Source of the DNA: Opitutales bacterium
Lineage (GTDB): Bacteria; Verrucomicrobiota; Verrucomicrobiia; Opitutales; PNEW01
Length of the DNA stretch: 64,000 bases
Direction: 5' to 3'
Assembly: GCA_965197745.1 (NCBI GenBank)
Contig: CBDANS010000006.1
Span: 1-64,000, forward strand
Part shown: piece after piece, positions 61,201 to 64,000 of the stretch
How positions within the stretch are numbered: position 1 is the stretch's first letter
Layout of the letters: each line of letters starts with the position of its first letter
Program-made: the position numbers and the translations under genes
The notes under the pieces: generated by a model
Database searches by the model: none
Told to the model about the DNA's origin: nothing
The model's input: the letters and a program-made list of their open reading frames with translations, nothing else

Positions 61201-61989
61201 TTCTATATTTCCCTGTATCGAACGAATTTCATTTTTGAGGGCGCTCGCTTTCTCTTCCAGTTGAGACATATCATCCCTTATTCTCGCATAGCGAAAGGCA
61301 CTGGAAGCGAGGTTGAGATGAGTAAGCCGATGATTAACGCGTTTGTAACGCAAAGCCTTGCCGGCCTGCCGCCGAAGTGAAATAATTTGCCGTGTTACTT
61401 CTTCAATAACGTCGGTGACACGTGCCAGATTAGCATCGACGAGAGCCAGTTTGTTAAATGCCTCCTTGCGCTGAGCTTTATATTTGGATATCCCCGCCGC
61501 TTCTTCGAAAATAGTCCGCCTATCGGCCGGATTTGAAGAGAGTATCTGGTCCACCTGCCCCTGGACCATGAATGAATAGGAAACTTGACCAATTCCGGTA
61601 TCGAGAAAAAGCTGCTGGATATCTTTCAGCCGGCAATGCTTGCCATTAAGATAATAATCACTGGGGCCATCCCGATGGACTCGGCGGGTAATTTCGACTT
61701 CATGATAAGCGGTGCCCAGCTCTTGCTCGCAGTCCGTGAAAAGCAAAGTTACCTCACAAAGATTGACCGCCTTACGGCTTTCGGAGCCCTGAAAAATGAC
61801 CTCCTGCATGAGCCCAGCGCGAAGTGACTTGGCACTCTGCTCACCCAGGACCCATCGAATGGCATCGGCGACATTACTCTTGCCACAACCGTTTGGGCCG
61901 ACAATCGCTGATATGCCCTCGTCCAGATCCAGTCTGGTCCGTTCGGCAAAGCTTTTAAATCCGTTAAGAGTAAGTTCCTTGAGATACAT
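58273..61989 (-). CDS. smc: Chromosome segregation protein SMC
   Basis: GPNGCGKSN Walker A, long coiled coils with hinge, LSGG signature, LLDELDAPLD Walker B/D-loop. Confidence 0.97.
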   Translation of the reverse strand: MYLKELTLNGFKSFAERTRLDLDEGISAIVGPNGCGKSNVADAIRWVLGEQSAKSLRAGLMQEVIFQGSESRKAVNLCEVTLLFTDCEQELGTAYHEVEITRRVHRDGPSDYYLNGKHCRLKDIQQLFLDTGIGQVSYSFMVQGQVDQILSSNPADRRTIFEEAAGISKYKAQRKEAFNKLALVDANLARVTDVIEEVTRQIISLRRQAGKALRYKRVNHRLTHLNLASSAFRYARIRDDMSQLEEKASALKNEIRSIQGNIETRESEIASHRQNRTELYKKLQDSQQSVFDLRSEKEQADNQAEFSAIRAEDLKGRISEIEMELAEVKTQKNTLSTRVAGDTRQKQEQLDLMGSSDKSFQDKSNSLMSIQGELAEAENDLEEKKRLLLMTESSITRLRSNCTSLEVDLKAYQVKHANLSDDLYKLKNNRSVLEFNLNEILTTFKHRLNRREELESKLNILKDERTKSLDAFREKQMEIQETDRGLAQLTAELGVLQNLQEKFEGFSEGSKAIMQGQLDDLLDADAYRVLTKNIKIDSSYTLALEALLGPAVDSITLNDSSRIVPVTSVLENKKLGRACLQFNVPPVKRSENDASIPWLRAANELVSSKQPEIQSMLNNMLSDCYFCDDLEKFLSYWNSHPDFNFLLVATVKGELIDRRGLVYGGHSRGQSETYLQRETEIKKLSGDRAHIGERLSGLRKGADSLQKTLDENESEIEEKQHLLMEVAQEVSTLEAQNKGIEASIKENEKSIGQSENDINLLEQNKDESLGNLNLARKNLADAELEIQEKREDITTAELTVQKVRASKDKEHEGLSEVRLELAEKRQRLQLIDRGISEIENQTRELDQLVIKREQEIDTLNEQIAGFLNESQKAKVKSEELDKTLKILMESLDRDHKILMEAENEIKSFEDSLAEDREGLHQREVDHNEWEVQLAEQRSELNFLIEEVKREYDVGLTDVNWKMELWEAGGSLSERVKVEFDEGSMDEEESYESRGEPATEDLEALENPDWDTIGKEINDLRVRLHAMGPVNLVAIEEYAELKERYDFLKTQSEDLWNSKEQLLAAIDDINQTSQELFQLTFEQVRKNFEHTFVTLFGGGHSDLLLIDTEDVLESGIDIIAQPPGTRTNNLALLSGGQKTLTALALLFAIYMVKPSPFCLLDELDAPLDDANVGRFVKMVQQFTQYSQFLIITHNKRTIACADSIYGITMQEKGISNVFSMRFNTDTQQAETVESAMTTA

Positions 61990-62120
61990 TAATTAATCTC
62001 AAAGAACTTTATAGAAAGCTATAAATCAAAATCGGCAAGATTAAAATGCAGCTACGTGATAATTTACAGGCTTTTCGTTCGTCTGCTCTTGATAAAGAGG
62101 TGCTCTCATCTCGGGCCCAT

Positions 62121-63407
62121 TTAACTGCTCATGCTTACGAGTAAATCTTCAACCTCATATTTTTTCAGCTTGCGGCGCATCCAGTCAAGCGAAGCGCTTA
62201 CCGCTCGCACTTTTATCGCGAGTCGATTGCCGGGAAAAACAATTCTGTTCGCCCAGACTCCTACCGGAGAGTGATAACCGAGATAAATAGTTCCTACCGG
62301 GTTTTCTATGCTACCGCCATCCGGCCCGGCAAATCCGGTAACACTAAGGGCATAGTCGGCCGATAATCGTTCAGCTGCACCGGTGGCCATAGCCACCGCG
62401 CATTCAGCGCTAATCGCTCCATGCTGTTGGATGATGGCATCGGGAACATCGAGCATCTGTATTTTGGCATCATTGTTATAACAGACCACACCCCCCATAA
62501 ATACTTTGGAGGCGCCCGGTATATCGGTAAAAGCATTGGCAAGGAGGCCACCCGTGCAGGATTCCGCGACAGCCAGCGTTTTATTTAATCCCCGAAGCTG
62601 ATCGAGAACAAGCTTGGCAAGTGAACTGTTACCGTAACAGATGAAATCATCCCCTATTATTTCCTTACACTCGTTGCCAATGGCTTTTATCTCTTCCCAG
62701 CTTAATGAATCCTCAAGAGCATTCAAACGCACATCGACGAGACCGGAATGGGCACAATAAGCTACCTGTAAATTATCGTTATAGCGGTCAAATACCGGTC
62801 GCAATTTACTTTCTAATAGTGATTCCCCCACGCCAATAGTGCGAAACTGCAGGTAGGCCTCACTTTCCGTAATTATTCCTTCAGATCGGAGGCGGGGCAG
62901 GACTTGATCTTCAAACATGGGATAAAGCTCATGCGGCGGTCCCGGCAACATGACAATAATTTTTCCCTCAACCTGTAACCACAGCCCTGGAGCTGTTCCA
63001 AAGCGATTGGATAAGACAACGGCCCCCTCGGGTTTTTTCGCCTGTCGCAGGTTATTTTCCGTCACCTCCCGGCGACCCATACTGTTAAAACGGTCGCGGA
63101 TTTCCTGTTCTATTGCGTCATCATGGATAAGATCGAGGTTCAGTATTTGAGCCACGGTTTCTCGAGTTATATCATCGGTTGTCGGACCAAGCCCACCGGT
63201 GGTGATGACAATATCCGAATTATCCATGGAATCCCGGAAATAACGCTCGATATGCTGCACATCGTCACGTATAACTATGTTGCGTTGGATTGATAGTCCG
63301 TGACGGGCAAACTGTTTACCAAAATAAGTAAGATGGGTGTTTTCTCTGATCCCAAGCAGGAGCTCGTCACCAAGGGTAATAATTTCCAAGCGACTTAAAT
63401 TCGGCAT
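62121..63407 (-). CDS. cinA: CinA-family protein (molybdopterin-binding-like domain fused to NMN deamidase PncC)
   Basis: GDELLLG, TGGLGPTTDDITRE, LPGPPHE, AESCTGG. Confidence 0.93.
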   Translation of the reverse strand: MPNLSRLEIITLGDELLLGIRENTHLTYFGKQFARHGLSIQRNIVIRDDVQHIERYFRDSMDNSDIVITTGGLGPTTDDITRETVAQILNLDLIHDDAIEQEIRDRFNSMGRREVTENNLRQAKKPEGAVVLSNRFGTAPGLWLQVEGKIIVMLPGPPHELYPMFEDQVLPRLRSEGIITESEAYLQFRTIGVGESLLESKLRPVFDRYNDNLQVAYCAHSGLVDVRLNALEDSLSWEEIKAIGNECKEIIGDDFICYGNSSLAKLVLDQLRGLNKTLAVAESCTGGLLANAFTDIPGASKVFMGGVVCYNNDAKIQMLDVPDAIIQQHGAISAECAVAMATGAAERLSADYALSVTGFAGPDGGSIENPVGTIYLGYHSPVGVWANRIVFPGNRLAIKVRAVSASLDWMRRKLKKYEVEDLLVSMSS

Positions 63408-63481
63408 GATTGCTCTTTATATAATAAGTATGACCTTTGTAAGATTTTTTATACCATTAATAAAAGCACTTATGTCTTAAA

Positions 63482-64000
63482 ATGCCAAGTCAGGATAGCA
63501 GTAAAATAAAAGAAAAAGTGCGGCGGTTGCCCCATAAACCTGGAGTTTATATGATGAAAGATCGACTTGGGCATATCATTTATGTCGGAAAGGCGAAAGA
63601 TCTTAAAAAACGGGTATCCACTTATTTTCAGCCGTCGCGTAGAATGACCGCTCAACAGCCTAAATTACTGGCTATGGTCCCTATGATTCATGATTTTGAT
63701 ATTTTAGAAGTAAAATCAGAGCCAGAGGCACTACTGCTTGAAGGGCGGTTACTCAAACAATGGAAGCCCAAGTATAATACTGATTTCACGGACGATAAAC
63801 GTTTCCTCCTGGTACGGGTAGACCTTCAGAACACCATTCCAAAGTTTCGATTATGTCGTTTCAAAAAAGACGACCTCTCCGAATACTTCGGCCCCTTTGC
63901 CCATGCCAAGTTGCTTCGGAAAACTCTCGAAGAAATGAAACGTCGCTATGGCATACTTCTGGGCGATGCCCACCCTACCCGACTACCGGACGGCACCTGG
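63482..64000 (+). CDS. uvrC: Excinuclease ABC subunit C, N-terminal GIY-YIG part (runs off window edge)
   Basis: Manual translation MPSQDSSKIKEKVRRLPHKPGVYMMKD...IIYVGKAKDLKKRVSTYF...EALLLE...PKYN...DDK. Confidence 0.9.
   Translation, partial: MPSQDSSKIKEKVRRLPHKPGVYMMKDRLGHIIYVGKAKDLKKRVSTYFQPSRRMTAQQPKLLAMVPMIHDFDILEVKSEPEALLLEGRLLKQWKPKYNTDFTDDKRFLLVRVDLQNTIPKFRLCRFKKDDLSEYFGPFAHAKLLRKTLEEMKRRYGILLGDAHPTRLPDGTW

Noticed and set aside
352..63655. Numerous 60-140 aa ORFs overlapping larger genes on the opposite strand or in other frames
   Set aside because: They are shadow ORFs of well-supported genes and have no motifs; for example 63470-63655 is antisense to uvrC and 46125-46307 is antisense to rpmF
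1..64000. tRNA, rRNA, CRISPR arrays, prophage or integron attC arrays
   Set aside because: None recognised by eye; a covariance-model scan would be needed to exclude small RNAs definitively

Overview
This 64 kb window is bacterial chromosomal DNA, most likely from Verrucomicrobiota (Opitutales-like). That inference rests on a Verru_Chthon-cassette-A-like gene and the overall gene content. The left part (1-28.5 kb) is an accessory surface-glycan locus. It has a minus-strand operon of about 20 kb: wzm/wzt ABC export, about 10 glycosyltransferases, a sulfotransferase, two methyltransferases plus a methyltransferase relic, an epimerase/oxidoreductase pair and a GT-C-like membrane protein. The operon is headed by a GbsR/MarR-type regulator, an RfaH/NusG paralogue and an ops/JUMPStart-like site. 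Between the ops-like site and the wzm start codon sits an antisense four-helix-bundle (IVP-family) gene enclosed by two mirror-image arrays of degenerate 8-bp repeats, which is the most striking structure in the window. On the plus strand follow a wcaJ-like initiating transferase, a decayed IS3 element carrying two related GCGAAGC-containing mini-insertions, a nonsense-split polysaccharide-lyase-like gene and wzx; a minus-strand WecB/TagA transferase closes the region. The right part is mostly housekeeping: glgA, ymdB-like, ilvB, glnA with a sigma54 promoter, rpmF-plsX-fabH-bamD-lptE-rpe, msrPQ, rbsK, phoX, smc, cinA and partial uvrC. It also holds a pilin-like/FecR/O-antigen-ligase block and a CxxC/poly-Pro leader gene upstream of a His-rich outer-membrane transporter. 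All calls are from motif recognition by eye; no database searches or folding computations were run.
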